Shown: positions 29,013 to 47,548 of the stretch, in pieces
How positions within the stretch are numbered: position 1 is the stretch's first letter
Layout: each line of letters starts with the position of its first letter
NCBI GenBank assembly: GCA_050575255.1
Contig: JBNZDD010013709.1
Location: forward strand, 6,763,898 to 6,827,897
From: Harriotta raleighana
Lineage: Eukaryota
Length of the DNA stretch: 64,000 nucleotides
Direction: 5' to 3'
Made by a program: the position numbers and the translations under genes
Notes under the pieces: model-generated
Told to the model about the DNA's origin: nothing
Databases searched by the model: none
Seen by the model: only the letters and a program-made list of their open reading frames with translations

Positions 29013-29652
29013 GTAATAATAATAATAATAATAACAATAATCCTTGCATTTGTTATAGCGCTCTTCACATCTTCTAGACATCTCAAAACGCTTCACAGAA
29101 TACATTGTAAAATGAATTGACCATATATATTTGTGGGTGAAATGCGGCAGATCAGTTTCCCACAAATGACCAATTTCTTATCGTTTTTTTTTGAGGGATT
29201 ATTATGCGTATGGAGTAAGGAAACTTGCTTAAGGTTTTGCCCTACCTGGAATTGAACCCAGGTCTCCTGCTTGTGAGGCAAGTGGAGCTCCTGTGGCTCA
29301 GTGGTTAGAGCACTCGCCTTACATGCCTTACAAGCATGAGACCTGTGTTCGAATCCAGGCAGATCAGGGCGAAACCTTGGGCAAATTTCCTTACTCCACA
29401 TGCCTAATAATAATCCCTCCCAAAAAAAAAACACAACAATAAAAATTGGTCATTTCAATCTATGACTGTTTGTGGGACACTGCTGTGCGCAATTGGCTGC
29501 CGCGTTCCGCCCACAAATATACAGTCAATTCACTTTACAGTATATTCTGTGAAGCGCTTTGGGACGTTGATAAGATGTGAAAAGCGCTATGTCAAATGCA
29601 AGGATTATTATTATTATTAAGTGCTTTAACCACTGAGCTACAGGACTCCACT
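29013..29652. mobile_element. minus SINE with a nested young plus SINE (29282-29618)
   Basis: AAGTG duplicated at 29280-29284 and 29619-29623; host head resumes ctttaaccactgagctacaggactccac. Confidence 0.9.
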
Positions 29653-30417
29653 ATACACTGCGTAATTTGAGGGCGAATGCAAGAGATACTTTTCCACTGA
29701 AACACAAGACATTATGCTTGCATAGGTTTCTCGTCAAAATAAAATCTTTAAATGAATCTTAACCGTATCACCCAAACTTTACAGTAATGCCATATGAATT
29801 GTGTATAAGATGTTCACAGAAGTCATACTTAAAAAATCTCAAGTACTGCAGTAACAAAATTGTGTTACATCTAACAAAACCTCACTGAATGCCGAGAATG
29901 AGAAATCCCATAATAAACAAACAACAACTCATTCACCGAAACTGGTAAAGAAAACATAATAATCCCAAGTTTGGTGAAAAGATTTAAAAAGCTATTGAAA
30001 GAAATAACCATAATAATAAAAATTTAAGTTTGCAGCAATGATGTTAGAGCTATAAGAACAAAGTGCTTGAAATGCCAATGGCGAGAGAAAAAAAGGTTAA
30101 TTCATCAGAACTAGAAATATTACTGGTTTGGGCCAAGTCTGTAAATTATTATTCCAATTAAACTATAATGTTAACATAAAAAGACAAATTCACTGATCCA
30201 AATTTCTCCCTGCAGGTTATGTTAGGCATCACGTTTCTATACTAAATTCATTATGCTGTAAGATATTCAGTAGAGTTAATGAAGCGATCAGTAATAAACC
30301 TATTTATATTCACATAAAATGGGTTTTTAATATCTTCATTTCCAATGCATTGTTTGCTGAAGTAGAGCAATTGATTATGCAGAAGTATCATTGAATGCCA
30401 TTCAAATAATTTCACAA

Positions 30418-30752
30418 CAATAATAATAATCCTCGCATTTGATATAGCGCATTTCACTTCTTCTAGATGTCTCAAGAGCGCTTCACAGAATATACTGTAA
30501 AGTGAATTGCCTGCATATTTTGTGAGTGAAACGTGGCAGCCAATTGCGCACAGCAATGTCCCATAAACAGTCATGGATTAAAATGATCCATTTATTATTG
30601 TTTTATCGAGGGAATATTATCAGGTATGTGGAGTAAGGAAATTTGCCCACGGTTTCGCCCTGACCTGCCGAGAATCGAACCTCGGTCCTCTCGCTTGCAA
30701 GGCGAGTGCTCCGACCACTGAGCTGCACGACTCCACGAGCTACAGGACTCCA
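30418..30752 (-). mobile_element. SINE, full length, TGC-loop subfamily, duplicated 5' end
   Basis: revcomp gccttgcaagcgagaggaccgaggttcgattc. Confidence 0.85.
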
Positions 30753-31633
30753 CATGGATAGCTATTAATGTTATTGTCTTGCTTCTATTGTGGAAAGAGA
30801 AATATTCCTCAGAATTTACATCCATACAGTTTGTGCTTTAGATTTAGACTGTCCAAGTTGTATGGTGAGATTCTAACCCATGTAAATGTACATTAGGAAT
30901 TGCAGAAAGGTTTGGAAAACCAGGTTTGCACCAATTTTGCCGCAAAATTGAATGGAGTTCTCTCAATGCTAACATTGAAATTAACATCTCAGGACCCTCA
31001 GATTCATTTTTCAAAGCTACTTTTCTCACATTGATACAACGCTCTGCTTCTCAATGTCTTAGCTGCACAAACAGAGAGGCATTCACATTGCTGCTGTTTT
31101 TTATTTTAAAAAAGGATTATAAAATGGATCTTTCTGTTGAAACGGCACATGTAACAGGAATTGTTTTGCTCTGTGGAATTTCTTTTGTGGCACTAATCAC
31201 TTCTTTGACCTTTCTAAATCTGGATTAGCAAGAGATATATAGAAAGAGAACAACTCGCAAAACATAGAGGTATAAGGTGTGACCTTAACCCTACAAATCC
31301 TACCTGGTGGCTGGTGTACTATTTGGTGATCCTAACACAAATTACCAACACCAGTTATCCTCCCAAATAACATAAATTGTTGTATTCCATGCGTAGACTG
31401 TGAGCATGGTTTATTACCTGCTTCTCATCCAATCTCTTTTTAACAGACTAAATTGATTTTCATGTACAAATCAGACTAAACATTTTTGAATACAGTAGAG
31501 CCCAAATATAAATGATTGATTATAATGCAGGTTCTCTTTGTAGAGCAATTGGCATGTGGATCCCATCATTTACTGAACCCCTTGAAAACTTACAATGAAT
31601 GGACTCGTTCCCTCCCCGCATCATAACTTCACT

Positions 31634-31955
31634 TGTGGAGTTCTGTAGCTCCATAGTTAGAGCACTCGCCTTACAAGTGTAAGACCAGTGTTCAAATCCA
31701 GGCTTGTCAGGGCGAAACCTTGGGCAAATTTCCTTACTCCACATGGCTAATAATCCCTCAAAAAAAAACACAATAATCAAATTGGTTATTTCAATCCACA
31801 ACTGTTTGTGGGAATACTGTTGTGCGAAATTGGCTGCCAGGTTTCGCCCACAAATATACAGTGAATTCACTTTAGAGTATATTCTGTGAAGCTTTGAGAC
31901 ACAGTCTAGAAGTCATGAAAAGCGCTTTATCAAATACAAGGATTATTATTATTAT
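31634..31955 (+). mobile_element. SINE, full length
   Basis: matches window consensus. Confidence 0.85.
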
Positions 31956-32390
31956 AACACCAGCTGCAATGAGGAAAGCCAAAATAAATATCTTTGGGCC
32001 ATTTGAGGTTGCTAATGACAACGTTTCCTGGATGCCTCACTTGTCTAGTAATGTGACAGCTCTGACCCATGATCTCACCCTGTTATAATAGCACTGGTTC
32101 AGATTTTTTGGGCCACACAGATTAGTATACTTACCCAGGAGGTTTTTTTTTGTACATCATTCGGGCATCATTGAACACTCATCCATAAAATATGCTGGAT
32201 GTAAATGCTTTTAGTATGATTGAGTTTATTAACCAAATACAGTATTTGGAATTAAACAATTATATTGCTTGTCTCCCTTATTTTAAATAATGACTAAGAA
32301 ACTCTTACAAACTCACCCTGGATTAAATAACTGGGTTTCTTATTTGGAGGCAGAAATACCCCAACAATTTTCAAGGGTAAATATATTTAG

Positions 32391-32681
<291 letters not shown>

Positions 32682-33010
32682 TGATCTTGAGTGAGATTTT
32701 CAGTGTAAATTCAACAAACCAGATTTACACACCGGTAGTTACTTATAACAATAAATTTATCAGTAACATTGAGTCAGCAGTACTGTAACTACTCTCACGA
32801 TCTCACAGTTCGCTGATCACAAATCAATAATGGCCACTTTGCAAGTTACTGGAAGATCATATACACCAGAAGAAGGAAACAGTGACTCAAATGTCTTCAG
32901 GAAGGATGGGAAAATATGTGTGTGCGATTTGGGATGGGGGCAGCAAGAATTAAAGCAGAGATACGTCATGTTTACATTGTCCTTTGCCTATGTCTCTAAT
33001 GTATTTTTAA

Positions 33011-33478
<468 letters not shown>

Positions 33479-34068
33479 TGAAACATATCCCTTCAACCTC
33501 ACTTGAAGTCACCTTTCCTCTTCCCACATCAGTCGGCTCTCACCCCAGCTGAGATATCTGTTCAGCATTGTCTTGTACGTTGAGATGTCCTCCTCATATG
33601 AGATGTCCTCTTGAAAGCCCATCCACCGATAGTAGGGCGTGTGGGGGAGGGGACATGGAACAGGTTGTAGCCCGCTGATCGGAGGGGCAGCCAGGTTCAT
33701 AGGGGGACAGCAAGTCAGAGAGATAGGGGTGACGGGGCTGTGAATGGTCTTGAAAGTGAGGACAAGGATCTTGAATTCAATCCTCTGGGGGCTGAGGAGC
33801 CAATGGAGCCAGGCGAGGGTGGGAGTGATGTAGGTAGTAATTTAAATGATTTAATCATTTCAATGCAAGTTAAGCACATGCACCACACAAGAAGTGGTGT
33901 AGATGGAGGTCTGATGATCCAAAGGTTAACCATTTTAGCTTGTCGTGCATTAAAATAAAAGTCCCTGACTTTAAATCTGATTGAGTGATCATGCACTCCA
34001 GCGTGCAATCCTGTTTGTCATGCCTCACTATGTATATAAAATATTCTAACTGAATTTTGCTTGTGTAA

Positions 34069-34293
<225 letters not shown>

Positions 34294-35127
34294 TAGGAAC
34301 TTCCCAACCCCGTTTTGGGGGATATTCAAAAAATTATTTATTGAAATGATTTAAATCCACTGCAAATTGGAATGCTGTGTGGAGAGATGTATGGAATTAA
34401 GCATGGCTATAATTGGAAAGGGAAGGGTGTTTCTCTTGGCATCCCACTCAACAATCCTCCAGATAAAATTGGTCATTCACTTGAAGGCTGTTTGTAGCAC
34501 ATTGCAGTGTGCAAATTTGATAGTAAAATTCTGTGAAAGACGTTTCGACAATATAAATAGATTGACAGGTTTCTCATCATTTGAAATAAATTCTCCAAAT
34601 CTATTTCTGGATTGAGAGGGTGAGGTGTCAATCTGAGCTCAGCTTTTGTCAATTTGAAACCTGCCAGTAGGATTCTGAGAGAACAGCCCAGAATGATTTA
34701 TTGCCCTCTTGTTCTTTGGACACTCCACGTCTTTCCTGATATTCCCCCTGCAATGAACCAGCTGAGATTGAAAACTTTATTGAATTACCCCAAAAATTCT
34801 AAATCTCTTTCACAGCAACTCAGTATTTTAATACTGAGACAGTAGCCCGTTGCCCCTGTACTGACTTGGTATACAATTGGTTTCAGATGAAAAGGAATCG
34901 GGTTAATTTGGTGATAAAATGTGATGTAATGTTTGATTAATTGCCTATTTATTTGAAATGGAGCATGTATTACAGAGCCAAATGAAACCTTTCCCCTCAA
35001 ACACTTTATCTGAAAATAATGGCAAAAATGTGACATACTATAATAATAATAATCCTTGTATTTGATATAGTGCTTTTCACGTCTTCTAGACGTCTCAAAG
35101 CGCTTCACAGAATATACTATAAAGTGA

Positions 35128-35466
<339 letters not shown>

Positions 35467-36438
35467 TAGTACAGCTCTGCGCTCACACATCCTCAGTTTC
35501 TCAGTGTACCTGTTAGTCCCATCCATCGCAGGCTCTTGTTACTCCCAACTGATCGACTTTAGAATCCTTGCACTTAAGTTCCCCCATAATTTCACCTGTT
35601 CCCCCATATTCAATTTTCTCCTACCCTCCATGCATCAGTTCTGTGGCTTCCATTCGGGTCTATTGTTCGCTCTTCATTCCATCCAATTCCTCTTCCTCTC
35701 TCTGTGCTTTCAAACCCTCCTTGAGAAGCATTGTTTTGACCATGCTTTTGGTCAAATCCTTAATTCTCCCTTGCTTCAGTTGTCTTAGTTCTACCATCAT
35801 ATGATAAGCACTTTGAGATACATTCATTCTACTTGACAGGTGCTCTCCAAGTATGAGATGTGCTTCATTGAGAAGTATGGTATTTAAATCATTTCTATGA
35901 TCTAGTGCATATATAATGTGAATCTGGAGGAAATCAAATATGTTTCTCAAAGAGAAAACCTGATTTATAATCTAATGACATTGGCAAATCTCACAATACA
36001 TTACGGAAGCCGACACTTGAATTTTATAGAATTGTGAGATAGTATTTTTGCGTGGAAAAATCACAAATAAGCTACAGAAAGATCTGAAAAGTGATTACAA
36101 TTTAGGCCCTGTTACAGTGGAGTGAATTAAATAAAGAGTAATGTAAACAACAAGATAAAACTGCAAATGCTGGATATTCTGACACAAAAGAAATGTAGGA
36201 AAACCACAGCAGAACAGCCAGTGATTGAATGAGAAAAAAAGATGTATTCCATCTGTAATATTTGACCAGAGAATAATGGGTCTATGAAAAAGGCAAACTG
36301 AAAAGCAATAATCTGATCCCGAAATTCAGGTGGTATAGAAGCAAACTGGTTGCAAACTATGGATCGCTTATAGCTGTCATCTGGATCCTGAGAATGGATT
36401 ATCGTCAAATATATTTTGTAATACTCTTTGACATTTAG

Positions 36439-36645
<207 letters not shown>

Positions 36646-37294
36646 TGATAAGTAGTGACTGCAACCTTCATCTGACCTCAACAGAGATATTACTTGTACC
36701 CATTTTTGTTTAGTGTCTCTGTGCCTGATCTCATGCCTAAACTTTGTAACAACAATATTACATTTATAAAGTGCCTCCAAGACACACTCCAGTTTTGCTG
36801 AAGTACTGCTTAGCCGTGAGGAAGAATAATGGTGACTGAAAATCTTGCCAACAAGCTTGAAATCCAAAACAGCTCTAGCAAGGCCAAATGCCTTACGGTG
36901 ATCGGTTTAGCTATTTTTTTCGCTTGGATCTGGGCACACACCAAGTTCCTATGAAATACAGGAATTGGATGTGTGATTGTTTGCTTGCCAGGCAAAGGTG
37001 GAACCCAGAAACAGGAATAATAAAAGAGAATTTTTATTTTAAAACAAATTTTATTTCCTCGTGATATTTCACGACCTGGAATCTGTTTTGGAAATTGCTT
37101 AATTTCTCCCGACCCCAGCTTCTTTGTAGCCCAGCAGCCCACTATTTGAGAAAATAATCACAAGTACAAAGCTTTACAAGAATCACTCCTGGATATTGAA
37201 AAGTGTTCCCCGAATATTTCTGCTAAAGTTGCAAGGCCTTTGAAAATCAATGCATAGATGCATTGCATTGCACAATCCTTGCATTATTATTGTT

Positions 37295-37660
37295 ATCCCT
37301 CAAAAAAATAAAAAGATCATTTCAATCCATGACTGTTTTTGGGACACTGCTCTGCACAATTGGCTGCCACGTTTCACCCAGAAATATACAGTCAATTCAA
37401 TTTACAGTATATTCTGTGAACCGCTTTGAGACATCTAGAAGGTGCGAAAAGCACTGTATCAAATGCAAGGATTATTATCATTATTTGATAATAAGTGCTT
37501 TTCACGTCTCAAAGCACTTCACAGCATACACTGTAAAATGAATTGACTGTGGTGAATTTGGTGAATTTGGTGGGCAAATGAGACAGCTAATTGCGCACAG
37601 CAGTGTCCCCACAAATAGTCGTGGATTGAAATGACCAATTTTTTTTTTTTTTTCTTGAAG
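37295..37660. mobile_element. tail-to-tail inverted SINE pair
   Basis: plus 37295-37485, minus 37488-37660. Confidence 0.8.
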
Positions 37661-39094
37661 GATCAACCATCCCATAATTTTTTATCTTTGATTATATACC
37701 TGACTTCAAAACTAATTTCAGTTTTACCTTTTATAAATCAATTATTTTTGTCACCAAAAAAATAGATGCTTATACTCAAGTGAAAATATTTGACTTTTGC
37801 TCCCAATGTACTCTGGCCCTGACCTTGGTTCCCACTCAATCTTCAGTTCTCACTTTAGTAATAATAAGTGACTTCACTTTGGCGGAAGTCAGCTGGCCCT
37901 GGCATTTAATGAACTTCCACAGCTAGCCCTTAGCTGTCACTCCTGCTGAAACTCTGAGCCACCTCCCATTATCTCTGAGATGGTAAAATTGTCGCTTGCA
38001 TTATTTTGAACGTGTGATAAGTCACATGTTATTAGATGCATGTTTGGAGTCTAAAATTTGACGTTTTAATTATTTACATAGCATTGCTGTCTACATCGAT
38101 CTATGAAAACATCCTGACTATTTTTCTGCCTCATTTACATGTCTTGAATTATATGTTGGGATTTGCTCATTTTTTTAAACTAATCTTTTAGATGTGAAGG
38201 GTTCAAAGAAATCCAATTATAATTTCCTCCATATTTGCTGAAATATCAGCAAGCGTTTGAAATGCTTAATTTTCCATTCCATGCCTTCACATTTGTTTAA
38301 TGTGCTAATAGTTGAATCTACTTTGAAGATAGTTTGACAGGAGCTTTGATACTGGATCCATCGATTTCTGTGACTTACTGATTGGGTCACAGTGCAGTAA
38401 AAACCTTTAAATAGCCCGCAGAGCCAACCTACCACAGCTGCTATTCAACCTGGATTTGCGTGTTTCCCCAATAAAACATCTCTGTTGTGTCTCTGCCAAG
38501 ATAACTCTTCAGAACATCACAAGATTGGTTTGGATAAAGAAGACTCTTTGTCCCATTTGATCTTATCTTTCTACAATCCCAATCCTACCATCACAGTACT
38601 AAACCGTTTAGATATAATTCCTGTGTCCTGGCCTCAGCTTCCTGCAGCTATTGCAATCAGTATTCTTCACTGGAACAATCAACTATTCTATTTGCCTGCT
38701 CTCTCTCTCTTTCTTTTTCTCTCCTCATACTCCCAAAGTACTTCAGGGGCTGTTTTAGTCTGAATTGTCTTGGTAATACTGTATAAACACAGCATGCATT
38801 AGCTGTTTCCTTCACAGTGCAGTGTTTTGTACTGTGGTCACCACAAATGCAGTTTCTGTACACTTGAGTAATGTTAAAAAATGAGATCTGTATGAGGATA
38901 GGTGCCCTGCTCATCTTGGTTTGTCTTCTCATAATTAAAAGGATCTCCACTGTTAATGTTTCAAAGGACATTTTTTAAATCCCATTTTCCCTACATTTTC
39001 CTATTTTTGGTCTGTTACCATGCTTTCACTAAAAAGATAATCAGTGTAATTAATTTTAGCTGCAGGGATGTGCACTATATAATAATATATATAA

Positions 39095-39412
39095 ATAATA
39101 ATCCTTGCAATTAATGTAGCGCTATTCACATCTTATCAACGTCTCAAAGTGCTTCACAGAATATACTGTAAAGTGAATTGACTGTTTATTTGTAGGCGGA
39201 ACGCAGCAGTCAATTGCCTACAGCAGTGTCCTACAAACAGTCATGGATTGAAAATGACCAATTTGTATTATTGTGGGGTTCTTTTGAGGGAATATTATTA
39301 GGTATGTGGAGTAAGGAAACTTGCCCAAGGTTTCTCCCTGATCTGCCTGGATTCAAACACAAGTCTCACGCTTGTAAGGCAAGTGCTCTAACCATTGAGC
39401 TACAGGAGCTAC
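39095..39412 (-). mobile_element. SINE, full length
   Basis: matches window consensus. Confidence 0.85.
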
Positions 39413-40039
39413 ACTAGTGTGTAACCGGGCTTTTCAGGTCATATTTGATCTTCTCAATGTCATGGAGTTTAGTATTGTCATATCATTCCTCATCTGACTA
39501 ACCCGTATAATGTCATGTAATCAAGGATGTGTTTGAGGTTCAGTATTACTGGGATACGATTGTTCAGGGATGGCAAATGGATGGCTGAGGATTCAAGAAA
39601 AAGACTTTCCATTTTATTTTTGCTGATCTCTATTTATTAAGTAATGAGAAGCAGAGATTTAACATTCAGTTCCCTTATTGCTACACAGAACATGTGCTAC
39701 AAAAATCAACCCTGGTCTTTAAACCTTGAGTTATTTTTAGAATTGTGTAGCACAGACAATCTGTGCAGCATGGAATAAATGTGCAACTAGAGCCAGACAC
39801 TGCTGAGCTTTCCAGATAAGCTCTCAATTTCCATACCTACTAGGTTCAATGAACCCATTCCAAAACCTTTCTATAATACAGCCTAATGAGACAGAAAATA
39901 CCAGACCCTCTTATGTTAAAAGATTTCTCACCATAAGGCATTTTTTCTTCTGCGTCTTATTTGAATGCTTGAATTAAACACAATTTTCTTTTACTGCAAC
40001 TCACTAGTGGCCATAAATATCTGCACCTAAGCAATATAA

Positions 40040-40312
<273 letters not shown>

Positions 40313-40808
40313 TAAAATGAAACCTGGCCGTTTGTTCCATTAACCAAATTGTAAACTTGCCAAAGAGGCTTTTTTCCCGCCCAATGAGTTATTGCAATCC
40401 TTGCTGTACTGTTGTGAGGAGGTACCAAGTGAAGGCCCGATAACAGGTTGGTACAAAATGTCAAGGGGAAAGTCACGTTTGACTGTTCTCAACCATCTCT
40501 AAGCTGAGCACGCTGCTAATAGAGTGAGAATAGATACAGATCTGGAAGTAAATTTACCCATCTGATTTTGATTTGTGAGGCATTTGGGATCCCAGAAAAG
40601 TGCGGGGCGGGGGGGCGGGGGGGGAGTTTACATCTTACTTTATTATGAATATTATTACTTTGTAAACTATGCTAACAATCAGCTTTAAATACTGAATGAA
40701 ATCATTTGTAATTATTGTCATGTGTAGAGGATAACGTTTTTGGGGTATATTTCCAATTTGGTGAAAGTTGTATTTTTTGTTTTATATACAATAATATTTT
40801 TATGTTAG

Positions 40809-40937
<129 letters not shown>

Positions 40938-41220
40938 TAAAGTTTGCCAGTTATTACAAATGTGGATTTTGTGCTTGAAATATCTACAGTGATTTATGCC
41001 AAGCTTGAAAAATAAATGTTCTCGTTAATATTGTTTGTTATTTTAAATATACCCCTTCCATAAAAGGAAGGCATTCCCACTAATAAACTTACGAGTTTCC
41101 CAGCGCCTTGGGACATTCTCCTGAAGTGAAAGGCACTATACAAGTGTAATTTTGTTGTTGTTCTTTTTCCGAAGGAAAGGCAAATTGAACCATGTGATGG
41201 TGTTTCTGTGAGGATAATAA

Positions 41221-41358
<138 letters not shown>

Positions 41359-41409
41359 TGACTAACAATTGGTGACAGTGTTTGGAAAATGTAGTTGCTC
41401 TTCTTCTAG

Positions 41410-41583
<174 letters not shown>

Positions 41584-41709
41584 TGAGAGGATTAACATGT
41601 TTGTGTAATTTAAAGCACTTTAATGATAAAATTGTATGAAATGATTCATTAGTTACAAACTAATTCATGGTTCTGTACTTGAAAGCGCTCACAACAAAAA
41701 AAACTTGCA

Positions 41710-41928
41710 TAATAATAATCATAATTCTTGCATTTGATATAGCACTTTCCATGTCTTCTAGATGTCTCAAAGCACTTCACAGAATATACTGTAAAGTGAA
41801 TTGACTGTACATATGTGGCCGAAACGCTGCAGCCAATTAGCAAGGTTTCACCCTGACCTGCCTGGAATTGAACCCAGGTCTCTCACTTGTAAGGGGAGTG
41901 CTCTAACCACTGAGCTACAGGACTCCAC
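41710..41928 (-). mobile_element. SINE, internally deleted
   Basis: head and tail joined, middle missing. Confidence 0.85.
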
Positions 41929-42202
41929 AGTCAATTCTCACCAGTGTTAACCAGTGTTAATGTGCTCAAACGCTGACACCTCCATGCATTTGTAACCTTA
42001 AAAGTATTGGATTACTTAAATAAACATCAACCACCTGATGGGGGTAGCATGTATTGGACTACCCTCCCAATTCTCTCCCTACCCTCCTAACTCTCTTTCG
42101 CCCCTCTATCCTACCCTGCCCCTCTCCCTTGTTCGGGTCCCGACCTGACCGTTCAGCTCCTTGGGACGTCCTCCCGACATGAAAGGCACTCTATAAATGT
42201 AA

Positions 42203-42640
<438 letters not shown>

Positions 42641-44152
42641 TGAATTTTGTGTTACAGTTCATTTTTCTAGTTTCATAAGCGTTACTGTAGTAAGGGTAGA
42701 TAGTCAAGTGTGATAGATTTAGACAGCATGCTACTTTAAGTAAAGAAGCAACATAATACAGTACATTGATCTGTGCAGTAGCAAAGCACAGATCAAATTA
42801 GTTCTATCAGGTAACAACAGCAGTAATGTTTGTGGTGTTTAAAGCATCCTTACTTTTCTGCAAACTGGAGTAAATCACCACTAGGGAGAAGGTCAGACCT
42901 CTTTGGAGCAGATTGTCCCACATTTCAGATTATCAAATCAAAGTAAATTTAAATTGGCTGCCATGTTTCGTCCACAAAATACTGTATACAGTCTTTTCAC
43001 TTCACAGTATATGTGAAGCGCTTTGAGACAACGACAACAACAAAATTACATTTGTATAGCGCCTTTCGCATCAGGAGAACGTCCTAAGGCGCCAGACAGT
43101 CAATGTTTCAGACCCAAAGACGTGAAAAGCACTGTATCAAATGCAAGGATTATTATTATTGTCATTATGATATTGTGAATTATTTTTCTTTTAATATTTC
43201 TTTGGAAGCACTTCTGTCCCAAACCAGGCCTAGGATTTCCAGTCAAGAAGCAGCCCAGGGGGAGCAGACATGTTGCCGTTTTGAGAAAGATGAACCCTAG
43301 AAAAGAAATATTGACTGATTACTGATTTACAGTTTAAAATATAATCTTATCTTACTAGTAACATCAAAGAAGATGGCAAACTAGGAAGAGTCCCCTTACT
43401 CAGAAGGATATTATTCTAGCAAGTGATCGTTACCTTAATGCCAAGTAACATAAGCAATGTTTTGAACATTACAAACTATACTTCAATATTTCCAAATGTG
43501 CTGGGCATTGACAATGTTTTATTGTGTATAATTCCAGGTTCATATGACTATGATGCTTTGCCCAAGTTGGATTCCCTTCCCATGAAGATGCTGTTTTATT
43601 CCTTGTGACACTGAATTAGGCTGTGAGACTAATTGCTAAAATATGTTATGGGTCTAAGGACAATTTTAGTTTAAAAAGGAGAATGCCAGCCAGTCTGGCC
43701 TCGCATTAATATATTTGCAATTCTTCTCACCAAATTTGCTGAAGGTGAAACAAGTGATCTATCCACTTCTTTTGCAAGATGATACAGCTTATGCATAATT
43801 ATTCCAAAAATCCTTATCTAGCGAAAACCTAAATTGTACTATCAATAAGGGATAAATATAATTCATAATTCACTCTCTGACTGCTACTTTTTAGTTAAGT
43901 ATTCTTAAGCATTCTTCCATCTTCTGGTCCAATAATCAAATCAGTTGCACACTGCATATAAATTGTGCTTACAAAACAGCAACTGCAATATGAGCTATTT
44001 CCATATCACAATTTTATTTATTTAAAATGCATTGGTAATCATATTCCTTTTAATAAATCATTCTATTAAGGAGGACATTTAATGGGCATGTATCTACTGA
44101 TGACATCTACCAGTTTTGTGCAAAGGAAATTTACCAGGGTTCAGAAACTTCA

Positions 44153-44780
44153 GTAATAATAATAATATAATAATAATAATCCTTGCATTTGATATACATT
44201 TCACATCTTATCAATGTCCCAAAGCACTTCACAGAATATATTGTAAAATGAATTGACTGTATATTTGTGGGCGGAATGCAGCAGCCAATTCCAGCAGTGT
44301 CCCACAAACAGTCGTGGATTGAAATGACCAATTTTATTATTGTGGTTTTTTTGGAGGGTTTATTATTAAGCATGTGGAGTAAGGAAATTTACCCAAGGTT
44401 TCATCCTGATCTGCCTGGATTCGAACACAGGTCTCATGCTTGTAAGGCTTGTAAGGCAAGTGCTCTAACCACTGAGCCACAGGAGCTCCACAATAATAAT
44501 CCTTGCATTTGATATAGTGCTTTTCACGTCTTCTAGATGTCTCAAAGCAATTCACAGAATATACCAAAAAGTGAATTGACTGTATATTTGTGGGCGAAAC
44601 ACGGCAGCCAATTGCACACAGCAGTGACCCACAAACAGTTGTGGATTGAAATGACCATTTTTTTTCTTGAGGGATTATTATCAGGCATGTGGAGTGAGGA
44701 AACCTACCCAAGATTTTGCCCTGACCTGCCAGGAATCGAACCCAGATCTCTCGCTTGTAAGGCACGTGCTCTGAACCACT
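44153..44780 (-). mobile_element. tandem SINE dimer: young copy (44153-44490) at the (ATT)n tail of an older copy (44491-44780)
   Basis: junction ggagctccac|aataataatccttgc. Confidence 0.88.
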
Positions 44781-44940
44781 CCAGTCTGTGCAAACCAAAT
44801 GTTCAATTCTCAATTCCTTCTTCTTTCATGTAATGAAACGTCTTAATGTAGTGTCTACAGTCTAGTCCTTAATTCCCTTTTATTATGGCAGGGAAAAAAA
44901 AGGAGAACAACAAATATTTTTGCTACAAAATGGTGAATAA

Positions 44941-45123
<183 letters not shown>

Positions 45124-45601
45124 TAATTAGCTTATGTGGTTCCTGCATCTTTTTCACGTTTCTTTTGGGAAAACTAGTATGAAAAACCGCCCCCAAAAAA
45201 CAGATTTTGAAAATAAGTACTTTTTGAGTCCTTTTCTACAATTGACAGAATGATATGTCTTGCACTAGAATAGTTTGTGAAGTTATAAAATTCGCAATTG
45301 AGGGCCCAAAACAGGTGAAATCACAATCATTGGGAAGTTAAAAATGTTAGAAATGAATCATGACACTTGTAAATTTGCAAGCACTGTTGATATATTGTAA
45401 ACCATTGCATCTCTATAACATGATTTAATTGAAAACAGACAATGAAATAAACATGATTATTGCCTGCTTATTGTTTGCCAATACCCCTGAGATTGGCAGC
45501 AGATACCCTTTGCATTGGTAGTTGCCTTTTTTTCTCAATCAGTATGTCAGGCAGCCGGGTCATATTCCAATGTTCAGGAAAATTAGCATTTAGTCCATGT
45601 T

Positions 45602-46315
<714 letters not shown>

Positions 46316-47260
46316 TAAACAGATGGACTGGACTCCTTTAAACTTGATAAATGTCTTTTTTTTCTTAAATAAACATATAATGACATTCCCTCAACGGGCT
46401 GGGTCAGGACTTGTGCTAGTACATTGTCTAAATATATGTGGAATCTGCTTTGGATTTCAGTCGGGGGTGGAATTCTCTGCTGTCTGCTAGGTGAGAGACA
46501 CTTAACTGAAATTTTAAGCAGTTGGTAAAAGCAGACCCAACAATAATAGTAATAATAATAATAATAATCCTTGCATTCGATATAGAGCTTTTCACATCTT
46601 CTAGACATCTAAGCGCTTCACAGAAGAAACAACAGAGAGTATTAAAATTGGCTAGTGTAGATTGACATTGTCACTATGATGGAACACAACAGTGTACTTC
46701 ACCCACAAATATACAGTCAATTCACTTTACAGTATATTATGTGAAGGGCTTTGAGACGTCCAGTAAACGTGAAAAGCCTTACATCAAATGCAAGGATTAT
46801 TATTATTATATAAATCTTGTGAATACACAAGTAGTTAGAGGTCATATTAAATGGCTTCTCTACTTCCACTGCGTCAATGGAAAACATACAAGGCAGAGAC
46901 TTAGCATTTACTTCAGAAAGCACCATTATAAAAGAGCATTATAAAAACTATGTAAAATTACATTCATGTTTAGTCGCTTACCGTCAATTTTTTTTAAATA
47001 TGTGGTACATAAAGGTTAGAAAAAAATTATAGTAAGGGTTAAGAAAATAGATAAAGAGCACTTTGGCTTAATAATGATTGAAATATAGTTTGCAGTTAAA
47101 GAAGCCAATCCATCTGTCACTGTAATTATATGGAGTATGTGGTTTGGCATTTTAGAAGAAACTCTAATTTCAACCAGGCAGGAACTGAAGACCAGATAAA
47201 TCCGTTCTAATTGCATTTCATTCTAATTGGGGGGAAATGATTGCCATTTCCTATTGCTGA

Positions 47261-47548
<288 letters not shown>

